Assembly: GCF_009914755.1 (NCBI RefSeq)
Contig: NC_060927.1
Strand: one strand, 5' to 3'
Origin: the human T2T-CHM13v2.0 reference genome, Homo sapiens
DNA: 64,000 nt
Shown: piece by piece, positions 38,303 to 57,965 of the stretch
How positions within the stretch are numbered: the first letter of the stretch is position 1
Layout: each line of letters begins with the position of its first letter
Position numbers and translations under genes: made by a program
Notes under the pieces: generated by a model
The model's input: only the letters and a program-made list of their open reading frames with translations
Told to the model about the DNA's origin: nothing
Database searches by the model: none

Positions 38303-38775
38303 AGCATCAAGTAAGTCAAAGTCACGCTGATGACAGCCAATTTTGGTGAAGCAAGGAAGTGTCAATTCAATCATTAACATACATTTTGACTTTTGCTGTC
38401 TCCTAGGTGCCAAGCAAGATATAGGCTCTGGGGAATCAGAAACCAAAGAGACTCACTTGTTCCTCTCACAGTACTCACTACTTACTGAGAGAAGGACACA
38501 ACAAAATGTCCTGTCTGGAATGCAGGGAAAGCAGAACTTCAGGTCAGGGGATATTTCCGTTGAATTGTGTGGAGTTGAAGCTGAACATCTTAAGGAATGT
38601 ATCTAAAATTCACTTTGCCTTTACTTTATGCCTCCGTCGCCTAGAGATCACCCAGCGGGCACCCACGATCGGCTTAATCATCACTCACTTCCATCGGATC
38701 AACTGGAAATCAAGTCAGATGAGAGTGCTGAGTGTCAGAGGATGGACGTCTCACCCTTGCCATACAGAGAAGTAG

Positions 38776-42605
<3,830 letters not shown>

Positions 42606-42666
42606 AAGGATGTGTTTATTTTCTATAGACTTTTGATGATAATAATTTGACAGCAAATATATTGTG

Positions 42667-42896
42667 AGTATATATATGTACATATACATACATATATACA
42701 TATATACATATATATACATATATACATATATATACATATATACATATATATACATATATACATATATATACATATATACATATATATACATATATACATA
42801 TATATACATATATACATATATACACATACATATATACATATATACATATATACACATACGTATATATACATATATACACATATATACATATATACA

Positions 42897-42931
<35 letters not shown>

Positions 42932-42962
42932 CGTGTGAGAGAGAGAGTGAGAAAGAGAGAGA
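42667..42962. repeat. (TATATACA)-type microsatellite plus (GA)n, at the tail of an antisense Alu (~42965-43230)
   Basis: Directly visible. Confidence 0.95.
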
Positions 42963-43640
42963 GTCTCCCTTTTTCACCCAGACTGGAGTGCAGTGGCACA
43001 ATCATAGCGTGCTGCGGCCTTGAATTTCTGGGCTCAAACAATCCTCTCACCTCAGCCTCCTGAGTAGCCGGGACTACAGACATGTAGTACCATGCCTGGC
43101 TAACTTTTTATTATATTTTTTTGAAGAGATGAGGTCTGACTATTTTGCCCGGGCTGGTCTTAAACTCCTGGCTGAAAATGATCCTCCTGCCTTGACCTCC
43201 CCAAACGCTGGGACTACAGGTGTGAACCATTGAATCTGGTGTGAAGCTGGGATTGCAGGTGTGAGACGTGGCCTCTGGTGTGAATATCTCCTGGTAAATA
43301 CCTTGTACTTTCACTTTCATTAAGATGTCTTTCGACCTCGTGAATTTATCTGAAAAACAGGGATGAAACACTGTTCTGCTCCATCTTCCCTGCAGGCACT
43401 TGGGCCCCATCCTGCTCTCTTGCCCCCCTCTTCTAGTGAATGGCCAGATAGGAACTATTGCAGGTTTATGGGCCATGTGGTCTCTGTTGCAAATATAACA
43501 GCTCTGCTGTTGTAGTGCAAAAGCAACCACAGACCATATGAAACCATCTTTCCTGCATGGCCTCTGTAATCTTTTAGAAATACCCATTGGGTCACACCAC
43601 TGCCTGACTTAAAATGTATAGATGACCTCTTCCGTCTCCT

Positions 43641-43999
<359 letters not shown>

Positions 44000-45949
44000 A
44001 AAGTCAAGTCCTGACCACAGCCTAGGAAGCCGGCTATGACCTGGCCCTTGTCACCCTCCCCAAGTTCAACTCCCGAGACCTTCCGTTTCCTCTCTGCTCC
44101 CCGCTCCGGCCTCCCATTCCTCACTCGTGTTGCATCAGATGCCTGCGCACCCTGGTGTTTCTGCATGTGCTCTTCTGTTAGCCTGGAAAGTTCTTTCCTC
44201 CCTCTTCATCCAGCACTACTAGATAACTCCCCCTGCCTTAGCCTAGCCAGGTCCCCTGTCATTTAGTCTCAGAGTATCTTGAATGTCTTCTTCACAGCCC
44301 AATTTACAATCCTGACTCACTCGCTGAGTGGGTGCCATCCTTTCTCTCCACCTAGAATGCAAGATCCCTGAGGGCAGGGGCTGGAACCGTCTTCTTCTTT
44401 GCCAAATCCCCAGTGCCATCTCTGGCACAGAGTGGGCATTATGAAAATATTTGCTGAGTGCATAAAAGGAGGGAATCATGGATTTAAGCCCTCGACTTGG
44501 CGCCCTGGGGATGGGGCTCCATAAAATCAGTTCCCATTTTTTCTCTCTCCTCTTCTCCTGGGAGGTGGGTGTCTGGGTTCTCCTGCCAGGAGAGCTTCTC
44601 TCTCATAAGACTCCAGGTGTCTCTTGGCCTAGGCCTGCCTCCTGCTAAGTGAGACTCTTTAGGGCTAGTCTGCATCGACTCTGCTGAGATGCAGCTGCCA
44701 GAGATGGGCAACATGGGCAAAGCTTGGCAGGTCCCTGGGAACGAGGCTTCTGAGTCATCTGGATCAACTAGTTTGAAGTTACAAACTCACCAGATGTTGG
44801 TCAGCTGGAATCTTAATGATGAGCTGGTCCAACCCAACCCCTCTTGTTGTAGTCAAGTCGCTTGTGCAAAGCCACCACTTTGCTGGGACCCCAAGCTCAG
44901 GCCAGGGCTCTCTCCATGGTCCCAGGCTTTACACTAAGGGAATGTCAACTCTTCTCTAGAATCACTTGGACTACTTTATACTTTTGTATCTCCTTTTCCT
45001 ATTCTGTATTCTGGAAAAACAGAGTTTGCCTTGTGATTCAACAGAATCTTCACACTGTGTTATTGCCGGCATTGTTTTAAATTTAGGCTTGGTTCATCCC
45101 CAGCTGGAGTGAATGACTTTAATTTGATCAGCTGCTGTATGCACTTGGGAGCTTCTGAAGGGGGTCCTATGGCCTTTAAAGGCTCCTTTCCAGTCTTAGA
45201 TCCTGACTTGGGGCAAACACACACTCCAGCTCGTTCATGTCCAGATAAGACACCCAGAGGCCATGGCGAGGGTTCCCCCTGTCGGGGCCCTATTGCTGTT
45301 GAGAGGATCAAGGCAGCAGTCAGGGCCCGAGGGTTGTCCAGAAGAAAGCACAAACCATACCGAGCGCTGGTCTGACAGCACTTATTGGTGTGACAGGAAC
45401 CTTCTGTCATGGAACCAGAGATTGGAGACCGTGGGAACACATCCAAATCCACATCTCCGTGACAAGGTGGTGCTGATTTCCAGTGGTCCTCCCTGGTGGG
45501 GGAATCACGTAGCTCTGACTCTGGAGCGTGTTGTTGTGTTTCTCTTTCAGTACGAGCTTGTCTGTGGCCCTGCAGTTCCTCCCTTATGAAAGAATGATGC
45601 TTCCCAACACAGGATATCCCAGGCTGCAAGCCTGTCGCTTTTGCCCAGCTTCCTTACCCCTGTGCCCCAAAAGCCCACAGCAGGGCCTGCCAGAGGCTGA
45701 TGACATATCTGTCACTGTCCCAAGGGGGCAGGGGCAGCAACGGAAATATTAGGCCACAAAAGGCATGCCTGCAGACACATATGAGGTAAACACCCAAAGC
45801 CAGATGTCAATGAAACAGTAATTCGGTGGAATAGGAGAGGTCATATTCTCCTGCAAGGCTAAATACATAGGTCTCCTTGGGCACAATCTGCCAGGGGACA
45901 ATGGTTCATGCCGAGCCAGCTATTACACTGCCTTGCTAAGAACTTCCAA

Positions 45950-46650
45950 CACACACACACACACACATACACATGCACATATGCATGCACACACATGCAT
46001 GCATACACACATGCACCCCCCACACACATACAAGCACACATACAGATACACACACACGCACAAACATACAGATACACATACATACAGGCACACACACAGA
46101 TACACACATACACACACAGATACACACATGCACACAAACACACGAAAGCACACACATGCACATACATACGAACACATGCACACACAGATACACATATGCA
46201 CAGAGATACACATGCATGAACACACATGCAAACACACATGCACACTCATACATGCACACACATGCACACATGTAGAGATACACATGCATGCACATACAGG
46301 CACACACATGCAAACATGCACACGCAGATACGCATGTACACACATGTACACACAAACACATGCACACACATACACATGCTCACACAAAAACACGTGCACA
46401 CATGCACACACACAGATGCACACAGACTCATGCAGACAGATACAGACACACATGCACACACAGATGCACACACATGCACACAGCCACATGCACACACTCA
46501 CACGTATGCACACACATGCACATACACACATGCTTACAGACGCACATGCACACGTGCACATGCACACACATGCACACACGCACACGCACACGTGCACACG
46601 TGCACACACACGCACACACATGGACACACATGCACACATACACACACACC
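45950..46650. repeat. CA/CATG-rich alternating purine-pyrimidine low-complexity tract
   Basis: ~700 bp of cacacatgcacacacagatacacac-type units. Confidence 0.95.
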
Positions 46651-48107
46651 ACTCCTTTTCCATTTCTCTAATTTCCAATTTTTTTCTATGAGCTTCCTCA
46701 GGCTCATGATCTTGATTCTAGAATGAATTCAGGGAGTAAGTCTGTATTATTGAAATGACACTAAATTCAATCATGCCTAAGAGGCTTTTTCAATGTTGGG
46801 GAAACCATCTCACAGATCATTCAAATGACCCCAGGAGACACTTCACCAGGAACACTTGTTCATCTCCCTCTCCCTTCTGCCAACCTCTGTGCTTTAATAT
46901 CAGGGGACAAACCTCTCGATTTTGGTTTCTCATCTCTTTGTCCCCATGTACACTGGACTGCACTACTGTGTCAAAGCTACTTGCAGCCTGACCTGGGAAA
47001 TGTACTTTTGGATTCACTCGATTTGCCACCTATTTGGGTGGTTTGGGCTGGAAACTGCCCTGCTCACACTCTTGGCTCCCAGCTGCTCCTGCTTTGGGGG
47101 TGCCTAGAGACCCCAGCTCAACCCATGGGTCACATCCCCACAGTGGGGCCGGGGATGCGACTGAGAGTTTTCTGGGCACCTCTCTCCAGCAGCATTGAGG
47201 ATGGAGCTCAGCACTGTGTGACATTGGCTGGTGGCCACTGCCTGTTTAGGTCGAAATGGCCCAGCCTGATGTCCACATGCACCTCTGCGGCACACTGGCC
47301 TGCAGACCCCTGAGCATGCGCTGCATGCTTCTCACCTCTAGAGTGGCCACGCAGACAGGGATACCGACACACCAAGAAAATCCACAGGCAAGCCCAGAGG
47401 CCCCCGTTCTACTAGGGCTTTGTGAGCCCCTGTGATTTGAGTCACGAGCTTCTTGTGGTGATTTCATTTAGCTAACATCCAACACAGTGCATTTAGAGAC
47501 TCTTTCTCTTGGACATTATATGGAGGCGTGGCCATGGTTTGCTGAGATAAATGCCCCAAAACACCCCTCAATAAAACCAAATAACAGCTCATCAACTCTT
47601 TACATTAAAAAAAAATTGACATCTTATAAATAGCAAATATTGGATGACAATAAGGCACAGGAAAAAGCTCATAAGCCCAGATCAGCAGTCATCATTCAAT
47701 TGTTCCTTAACTACTGACTGCGCACCCGTTCTGTACCAGCACCGCATCCTAGATGCAGGGACACCACGCAAAATAAGATGACAAAGCACCTGCCCCTGTG
47801 GAGCTGAGCCACTAGCAGGAGAGACAGTCACTAAATGAATATCTCTATCCTGTGGTTTCTGGGAATGACAATCACATAAAAGGATAGAAAGGGATGGAGG
47901 AAAGCTAATTTAGACAACTCAGGATCAGAATGGGGAGGTGGTTGCATCCCTCAAAATTCAGAGTAGCTGGAGTGCAAGCCTTGTATTAGCTGAGCCTGAA
48001 TCCTGGCCCTGCCGTTGTCCATGGTGTCCTCAGGCAAATGGCTCAACTCCTCTGACCACTGGCTTCAAGTGCAGAACAGGGGACCAGAGTCCCATCTCTC
48101 AGGGTTG

Positions 48108-48440
48108 TTGCTGTGGACTGAATTGTGTTCCCCCCAATTCACTCATTAGGAGCTAATTAACGTTAAAGGAGGTCATAAGAGTGGAATCCTAATCTGATAG
48201 GATTGATGGTTTTATAAAAAGAAGAGATGTCTCTGTCTCTGTCTCTCCCCCTCACTACTATGTGAGGACAAGCAAGAAGGCTGCTGTCTACAAGGCAGGA
48301 AGACAGCCCTTACCAGAAAGGGATTGGTGGATACTTTGATCATGAACTTCTAGCCTCCAGAACAGTGAGAAAACCAATGTCTGTTATTTAGGCCATCCGG
48401 TCTCGGGTACTTTATTATGGCAGCTGGGCTGGCTGAGGCA
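48108..48440 (+). mobile_element. MLT1A/B-type MaLR LTR
   Basis: tgctgtggactgaattgtgttccccc start; aacttctagcctccagaacagtgagaaa. Confidence 0.8.
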
Positions 48441-48827
48441 GTTGTTGAGAGGAACTGACAAGGTAGTTGGGGTAAAGCACACAGCATGGCCACAGCTCAC
48501 TGAGCACAATGTCAGACTCATTCCCCTTCAATTGTTATTCTCTGTCTGGAGGATTTTCATGTTGGCTTTTCTCCAAGAAGCTCCCTGGGGTCTTTGTAAA
48601 TATGGGGATATTTCTGACAAGAAAAATCCTTACGGTTCTTAACATTGACAATGATCAGGAACAGCAAGTCATGAAAATGAGAAGGTGGCTAGAAAAGAGA
48701 GGACCCACAGAAGAAACCAACAACCACACAACACACACACACAGGAGGAATCCTAATGCAGGAGGAGAATAGAACATCAGGGGACCCCAAGACAGAACTC
48801 TGCATCTCATGTATTGAGATTATTCCC

Positions 48828-49190
48828 TGATATGGTTTGGCTGTGTCCCCACCCAAATCTCATCTGGAATTGTAGCTCCCCTAATCCGCATGTGTCATAG
48901 GAGGGACGTGGTGGGAGGTAATTGAATCATTGGGTTGGTCTTTCCCATGCTGTTCTCATGATAGTGAATAAGTCTCACAAGATCTGATGGTTTTATAAAG
49001 GGGAGTTCCCCTGCACAAGCTCTCTTGCCTGCTACCAAGTAAGACGTGACTTTGCTCCTCATTCACCTTCCACCGAGATTGTGAGGCCTCCTTAACCATG
49101 TGGAACTGTGAGTCTATTAAACCTCTTTCCTTTATAAATTACCCAGCCTCAGGCATGTCTTTATTAGTAGCATGAGAACAGACAAATACA
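48828..49190 (+). mobile_element. Solo THE1 MaLR LTR
   Basis: tgatatggtttggctgtgtccccaccc...gaacagacaaataca with 5-bp TSD ttccc. Confidence 0.93.
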
Positions 49191-50444
49191 TTCCCTAAGC
49201 CTCTATTTTCCTCTGAGACAGGCTTACCCCGAATAGCCCTATCTTTGCAGGCCTTGAATAGTAATACTGTTATGTGTTACATTAACATGTATTTTACTGA
49301 AAGTCTCTGGTTTTTGTCTCTCTGAACATAGACAGGCTTTGCTGAAACTTGCAGATGACATTCCAAAATTCATTCTATCTTAAGATAAGCAGAGAGGGGG
49401 GTGAGGAAAAATTGTACATACCTTCCCCTCAATGAAGAGGTCCCCGTGGTGTGGCCAGCCTTGGTATAAGGCTTTTGGCTCTGTTAATTCATGAGGGCTG
49501 AGTTTGATTGATCCTCATGGGGAAGACTAACAAGGGAATCCTTGGCAACCATTAGGAATAACACTCATGACCCAGAAAGTGGTTCTGTCTTCATGAGGCA
49601 TCATCTGTCTTGTTTACTAAGTGACCTTCTGGCTCATTTTTCTTCCAGCCAGGGCTGGAATTCAATAATTCTAGTTCCTTCCCAAATTTTAGAGCTGGGA
49701 AATGCATTCCTCGGGTTTCTACTTTTCAAAAGCAAACAATATCTGTGGAGCTCAACTCCTAAATAGTGTGACTTTGTCTGTTTATGTGGTTCTCTTGCTG
49801 ACTGCCTGGTTGCGACTGTGCCTGAACTCAGGCCTCTGTGTTTCTGAATCTTAGAAGCAGTGGTTGGCATGTCAAACTTGAAGTCATTGTCCTTTAGTTC
49901 TCTGAGTGTTATAATTGAACAGCACATTTATGAACAAGACTTTAGTAAATCCATCAGCATTCTAGGAAGCTTTGATTCATTAACCTATCTCTAATGTAAG
50001 CAAAGGCTGCCAGAGAGTCGCTAACAAGAATTCCATCTTTCTCAGAACCTTCGATTCGCTTGGGTCGAAGTTCATGCCTGTTTCATGAAAAATGCAAAAC
50101 CAATTAATCACAGCTGTTCATAGTATGCCTATTCTAAGAGACCTCTGCTGTTCCTACCCGAGGGACAGCCAGAATAATTAAAAGTCACAGAAATCAAACA
50201 AATGGGCCTCTGGCTAAATTATAGAAGATTAACCCAGGAAGAGCACTTATTAAATAGTAAGGAGTCCCCGAAAATATTCAAGTACAAAAAGGATTAGAAA
50301 TTGTTTTAAGTGTTGGTTCCAACTTCAGGTGCTGGTCTTCCACTCCACTGCGGAAGGGAACAAATGAATTTTCCCATCCTAAAGACAGTGACATTCATCA
50401 CACCCCTTGGAAGCTTAATAACATCTCGCTTTATTTTAATTGTT

Positions 50445-50772
<328 letters not shown>

Positions 50773-51655
50773 CAATAATATCTCATGTTAAGCATGGAGT
50801 TGCTGTCCGCTCTGTGGCCAGAGATAAAACAAGCCTCCATTACAGAGGGAGGTGGTATTGGGCTACTTTTTTGGAAACAACAGCAAAACGTGAGGCAAAT
50901 TCGCTTTTAGATCCTGGTTACACTCCTGGATGGAGCTTAGCAAGCCTATGATAGGGTAGCCTGGTGGTGGCTTAGGGGAATCCTAGCCATGTCAGACAGG
51001 ACAGATGCCTTTGAGGAGAGATGGCACAGTGCTGGCTCTCAGGCCCCCACTGCAGGGGGACCAGGCTGTTTATGGATTGGGTGGGAACCCTGTTAGAAAA
51101 ATAAGTGGAGGCTGGGTGTGGTGGCCTATGCCTGTAATCCCAGCACCTTTGAAGGATGAAGTGGGTGGATTGCTTTAGCCCAGGAGTTCGAGACCAGCCA
51201 GGGCAACTTGGCAAAGCCCTGTCTTTAGAAAAATAATAATAATAGTTAATTAATTAGTTGATTTTTTTTTTAAAAAAAGAAAGAGAAGTGGAGCTAAGGA
51301 ACACAGAGCCTGCCAGAAAGCCAAGGTGGCCAGCTAGAAGGACACAGAAGAACATTACCATAGTTCTCTCTGAGCTTTTGGACTAGGGGTGTTTCATGTG
51401 GTTTTCATATCAAACATACTTTACTTTTATACTTAGGGAGGAAAGACATAATACATACAATAAAGGTAACACGAAACAAAACTCTCACCAAAGCCTCACA
51501 TCTTAGATGCTCTACTGGGTCTCTGCAATTTCTATTAGGGACCCTATGGGTTTGAATTCCATTCTAGATTTGATAAGAAAATCCAAATGCTCAACCCCCT
51601 CAACCCCCCCCACCCCTCCACCCCATTTACAAAAGCCAAGTGAAAACTAAGGAGG

Positions 51656-52030
51656 GGCTGGGTGCAGTGGTTCACACCTGTAATCCCAGCACTTTGGGAG
51701 TCTGAGGTGAGGGGAACACCTGAGGTCAGGAGTTCAAGAGCAGCCTGACTAACATGGTAAAATCCCATCTCTACTAAAAGTACAAAAATTAGCAAGGTGT
51801 GGTGGTGGACACCTATAATCCCAGCTACCTAGGAGGCTGAGGCAGGAGAATCACTTGAACCCGGAGGCAGAGGTTGCAGTGAGTGGAGATTGTGCCACTG
51901 CACTCCAGCCTGGGTGAGAAAAAGCAAAACACCAAAGAAAAAGAAGAAAGAAAGGAAGAAAGAAAGAGAGAGAGAGAGAGAGGGAGAGAGGGAGAGTGGG
52001 AGGGAAAGAAAGAAAGAGAGAGAAAGAGAA

Positions 52031-52062
<32 letters not shown>

Positions 52063-52370
52063 GGAGAGACGGAGAGAGGGAGGGAGGGAAAGAAAGAGAG
52101 ACAGAAAAAAAGAAAGAGAGACAGAGGGAGAGAAAGAAAGAAAGAAGAAGGAGAAGAAGGAAGGAAGGAAGAAAACAGGGAGAGAGAGAAAGAGAGAGAG
52201 AGGGAGGGAGGGAGGAAGGGAGGGAGGAAGGAAACTAAGGAGGAAGGTGGCGTGTACAGAGGTACGGAGGCCCTCAGGTCCTAGCTGGCCCTGGGTGACA
52301 AGGGTGAAACTCCGAAGCAAGAGAAAGGAAGGAAGGAAGGAAGGAAAGAAGGAAGGAAGGAAACTAAGGA
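51656..52370 (+). mobile_element. Alu with expanded GA-rich tail
   Basis: Alu 51656-~51935 then polypurine tract; aaactaaggagg on both sides. Confidence 0.9.
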
Positions 52371-53049
52371 GGAAGGTGGCGTGTACAGAGGTACAGAGGT
52401 CCTCAGGTGCTAGCCGGTACTGGTGCCTATACAGGATCCAATGGGCTGAGCTTTGCAAAAAGCTCATTGTGTAACCCAGGAAGCCCAAATTTACTTCTGA
52501 GCAGATGTCTTTTCAAAGTGATTTTCCTTTTAGGAAGTGAGAGGAGAATGAAGGGGAGGTTTATCCTACTTCTGATGTTAAAAAAGTCAAAACAAAATAA
52601 ATTGGTGTTCATTGCAACTATTGGCTAAAGCACTATCATCACCAGGACCGGTACCTCAAACACACCTCCTGACAGCCTCTTCCATTCTAATCAATGTGTG
52701 CCCAACTGTGGTCACCCAGGGGCTGTTTACCTTTACTTAAAGAGAAATGCTGGTAGTAAGCCATAAAAATTACCATATTCACCATCTTTCTGCTTCAAAG
52801 AAGGTTTTAGATTAGGAATGGCTGGATCAATCACTATGAGTATGTTCTTGGGAACTAAAAGCCAAAAAAAATATTTTAAATACGTGGTATATTTTTAAAA
52901 TGTGGACTCTTAATAGATTTTTAAATGCAATGTAGATAAGATTTTAAAATCACTTTCCAAATCGGTGCAAGAGTCACTCCCTCTCCCTGTTAGATACACA
53001 CACATACACACAACCCAATGCTATCCACATGATCATCAAATCCTCCAGA

Positions 53050-54057
53050 GACATGGTTTTAGGCCCATTTTGCAATATTTAAAAAATGGAGAATAAAAAC
53101 AAGATATGATATATTCATCCAGCAGAATTCACCTCAGTAATAAAAAGGAATGAAGGCTCGGCATGGTGGCTTACACCTGTAATCCCAGCACTTTGGGAGG
53201 TCGAGGTGGACAGATTACTTGAGGTCAGGAGTTCGAGACCAGCCTGGCCAACATATTTGAAACCCCGTCTGTACTAAAAATACAAAGTTAGCTGGGCCTG
53301 GTGGCACACGGCTGTAATCCCAGCTACTTGGGAGGCTGAGGCAGGGAGAATTGCTTGAACCCGGGAGGCAGAGGTTGCAGTGAGCGAACATCGCACCACT
53401 GCATTCCAGCCTGGGTGACAGCGTGAGACTTCAACTCTAAAAAAAAAAAATGAAGTACTGATATGATACATGCTACAACGTGGATGAACCTCTGAAACAT
53501 TACATTCAGTTAAAGAAGTCAGCCGTGCACACACACACAAAACCATCCATTGCATAATTCCATTTGTATGAAATATTCAGAAAAGGCAAATCTAGAGAGA
53601 AAGTAGATGTGTGGTTACCTGGGACCGGGGGGTTAGGAATGGGGCAGTTATGGCAAATGGGCATAAGAGAGCTTCGGGGGATTGTGAAAATGTTTTAAAA
53701 CTGGAGGGTAGTGATGGTTGCACAACTCTAAATTTACTAAAAATCATTGAATTGTATTCACGTGTAATAGAATTTTAAGCAAAATAAACAACACCTCAAT
53801 AGAGTGGTTAACTCTGGGCTGGGCATGGTGGCTCATGCCTGTAATCCTGGCACTTTGGGAGTCTGAGGCAGGTGGATCACTTGAGTCAGGAGTTCAAGAC
53901 CAGCCTGGCCAACATGGTGAAACCCCGTCTCTACTAAAAAATACAAAAATTAGCCGGATGTGCTCACTTGAACCCAGGAAGTGGAGGTTGCAGTGAGCTG
54001 AGAGTGTGCCACTGCACTCCAGCCTGGGTGACAGAGCAAGACTCCATCTCAAAAAAA

Positions 54058-54091
<34 letters not shown>

Positions 54092-54115
54092 TATACACAC
54101 ACAGTGGTTAACTCT
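53050..54115 (+). mobile_element. Old L1 3' end with two Alus (~53155-53450, ~53817-54075)
   Basis: catgctacaacgtggatgaacct L1 3' motif; second Alu has agtggttaactctg TSD and an internal deletion. Confidence 0.85.
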
Positions 54116-55817
54116 GAAGATGAGCTTCCCTGGACTTAGTAAAGCAAAATGACTGTGACCAACTCAAAATCCACCATTAAACTCTCCCAGCACCTGCTAT
54201 TCTGCTTTCTACCCCAAGCTCTTTGCCTCTGTGTTTCCATCGTAAATCTGGAAAGAATTCGAAGACTCTGTGCTAAAGTGATTTGCTAAATATTATCAGA
54301 AAGGACTACAGAAAGATGCAGAGAGGATGGCAGCATGACCGACTCCTTTGAAGGTGGTTTAAGACTCTGCTGAACTGATGCTAAGAATAAGCCCTGGGAT
54401 GTCAGAACCCCCAGGCAAAGCAGCTGGCAGATGACAACACCCGCTGAAACAGAGGGCAGAGCAGGAATTCTGCAGGCCAAGCACACTGCCGCAGGCTGGA
54501 AGAAGGGAGTGGAAACTGAATATTCCTCCTGCATAAAATTGCTTATTTTTGTTTGTTCCTCAGCCCAGCTGAGATCTTGGAGAAGTAGCAACAGGAAATG
54601 GAAAGAAAGCAAAAACAAACTGCAAATTCAATTGCACTGCTTTTTTAAAAAAGAACAAGTGAGACATCTTCAGCAGCAAGAAAACCTTGTTTCCTTTCTT
54701 GGAGGGCTTAACTAAATTCTTCTGGGGATGTCCCAGGATCAACAACCACAGGACATTCCTAGATTGTGAGTTTTCCATGTACAGGAGGCCCTGGTGCCTT
54801 CGTGCCCATCAGCAGCAAGGGAGACTTCCCAGGGAGGCCCGGTGAAGTTGCTGGAGGTGGCTGATGATTTCCAGGGCCTCGAGGAATGTCCCTTGGCTGT
54901 CCTCAGGGCACACCACTGATCCTGGGACCATGGCAGCTTCGGAGAGCTGAGCTGAGCTGCTGCAAAATGCTTTCTGCTTTAATTACCTCTCATTCATTTC
55001 TGAGCCCTGAGAAGGATGCAGTAGCCCGGGAAGTGTCAGCTCTCCCTGCCAGGGGTGGGACTTCTTTGTCATGTCTGCCTCTTGGCTTGTTCTCAAACTG
55101 TGGCTTCAGGAGGGCCTTGGCTCTTGGCAAATGCCAGAGGCTTTATAGTTTGAGAAAGAATCAGAATTTTGAAGAGGAGCTCAGAGAGGAAGGTCATTCT
55201 AGGGTGCACTTTGCAGAGTAACCAGGCAGTAAAAAGGTTAAATTGGCTGTGTATGACACAGGCCACTGCAGGGAATGTGCCCCTCTACTAAGTGAAATTG
55301 GCTCTGATATCCAGAGAATCTTTTAGGACCTTTAAAATCACCATTGTCAACACACTTGTCAGATTTTTGCATCTCCTTGTTTCAAACTGTTTTAGAATGA
55401 GGTCGGGGACTGGGGTGTGATTGATCACCATCCTGCTCCACTTCAGATATGTTGGCAAAAACACTAGGAACCACTCTTCATGGAGCTCCTACTGTGTGCA
55501 GGACCCTGTTCTCAACAGTTTAAACCAGGGCCATCTTCCTCCTCATCAACACCTTTCCTCTCCCACTCAGCAGCCTCAGTGTGTCAGCCCCTAGTGTGCA
55601 GCTAGTGTGCATACGCTAGTGTTCACCCTACAGGATGCTTCTCTTTGGAAGACTTAAACCACCAACCCAAGCTAAATTAGGCCCCCTCCACTGCTATAGT
55701 CTTCTTCCCTTTTCTAAAATAGCATTTGTCACAATAGGGCATGATGATGTGTCTGGCTATTTGGTTAATGCTTGCCTTTCTCCCTCCACTGTTCACCCCA
55801 TGAAAACAGGACCGTGT

Positions 55818-57124
<1,307 letters not shown>

Positions 57125-57965
57125 CCTTTGAGTACATTTTCTAAGAAGTTGGTCATGAGTTCAGACGTCTGCCTCAAAGAGATACTTGTGGTTTCCATTA
57201 AAGAACCCACCTTCCCTTTCTACAGGAGTATTTATGGGAGATATGGGCCTGGAGGTTGGAATCTATCCTGGTTGTACTTTGCTATACTGAAGTAAGGAGT
57301 AAACCTACAAATACATTCATATTGAAGTGTACAAAGGGGGCTCTACAATAGGTAGGAATTCTATTTAGTTTTGTTGGGTAACAAATCCTTTGAGAAGCAA
57401 ATAACAGCTCACCTACAAAACTGGTGATCTGTATAAGTTGGGATTTTTCATGGATCAGTTTTGCTTGGATTGAACTATATAATCACAAATATATTTATAC
57501 CTAGAGAGAGAGAAAGAGTGTCTGTTGAAACTGTATCATCTTAACGTGTCTCTAAAAGGCAATACCTGGAAGGTGGTGGATGCCACACAGGTTAAGCTGT
57601 CTTCCCTCTGGGAGGCAGGCTTCTGGGAACTACACATTTGGTAATCTTGCCCATAAAATGCCAATTGAACACTTATTGTAGAATGCCGAGGGCACTGTAG
57701 ATTCAGATAGTCCCCATCACAGGCATAGATGGTGTGTTTTTGCAGGAGTTTGGTTAGGTAACCTAGAAAATATTCAGTCGGGTTACAAAAGGCCCAGGAA
57801 CCCACCAATCCTCCTTGGGTTTGGGGACAGGAGGATGTTGGTTCCCCTGGGGAAGGACTGTTGAGTTAACAACATGTGGGGTAGGGCCTCCCTAGCAGCT
57901 CTGGTGCAGAGGTCACAAAACCAGGCCCAGAGGTGAGACACAGGAGCCAATGTCAGCTTTAATTT

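Noticed and set aside
45263-45589. ORF MARVPPVGALLLLRGS... with good Kozak context and a signal-peptide-like start
   Set aside because: Short hydrophobic stretch, no recognisable homology or supporting exon structure visible.
45859-46726. Cys/Val- and His/Thr-rich ORFs up to 252 aa
   Set aside because: Artefacts of the CA-rich low-complexity tract.
51829-52488. Arg/Glu/Lys-rich and Ser/Leu/Phe-rich ORFs
   Set aside because: Translations of the GA-rich Alu tail.
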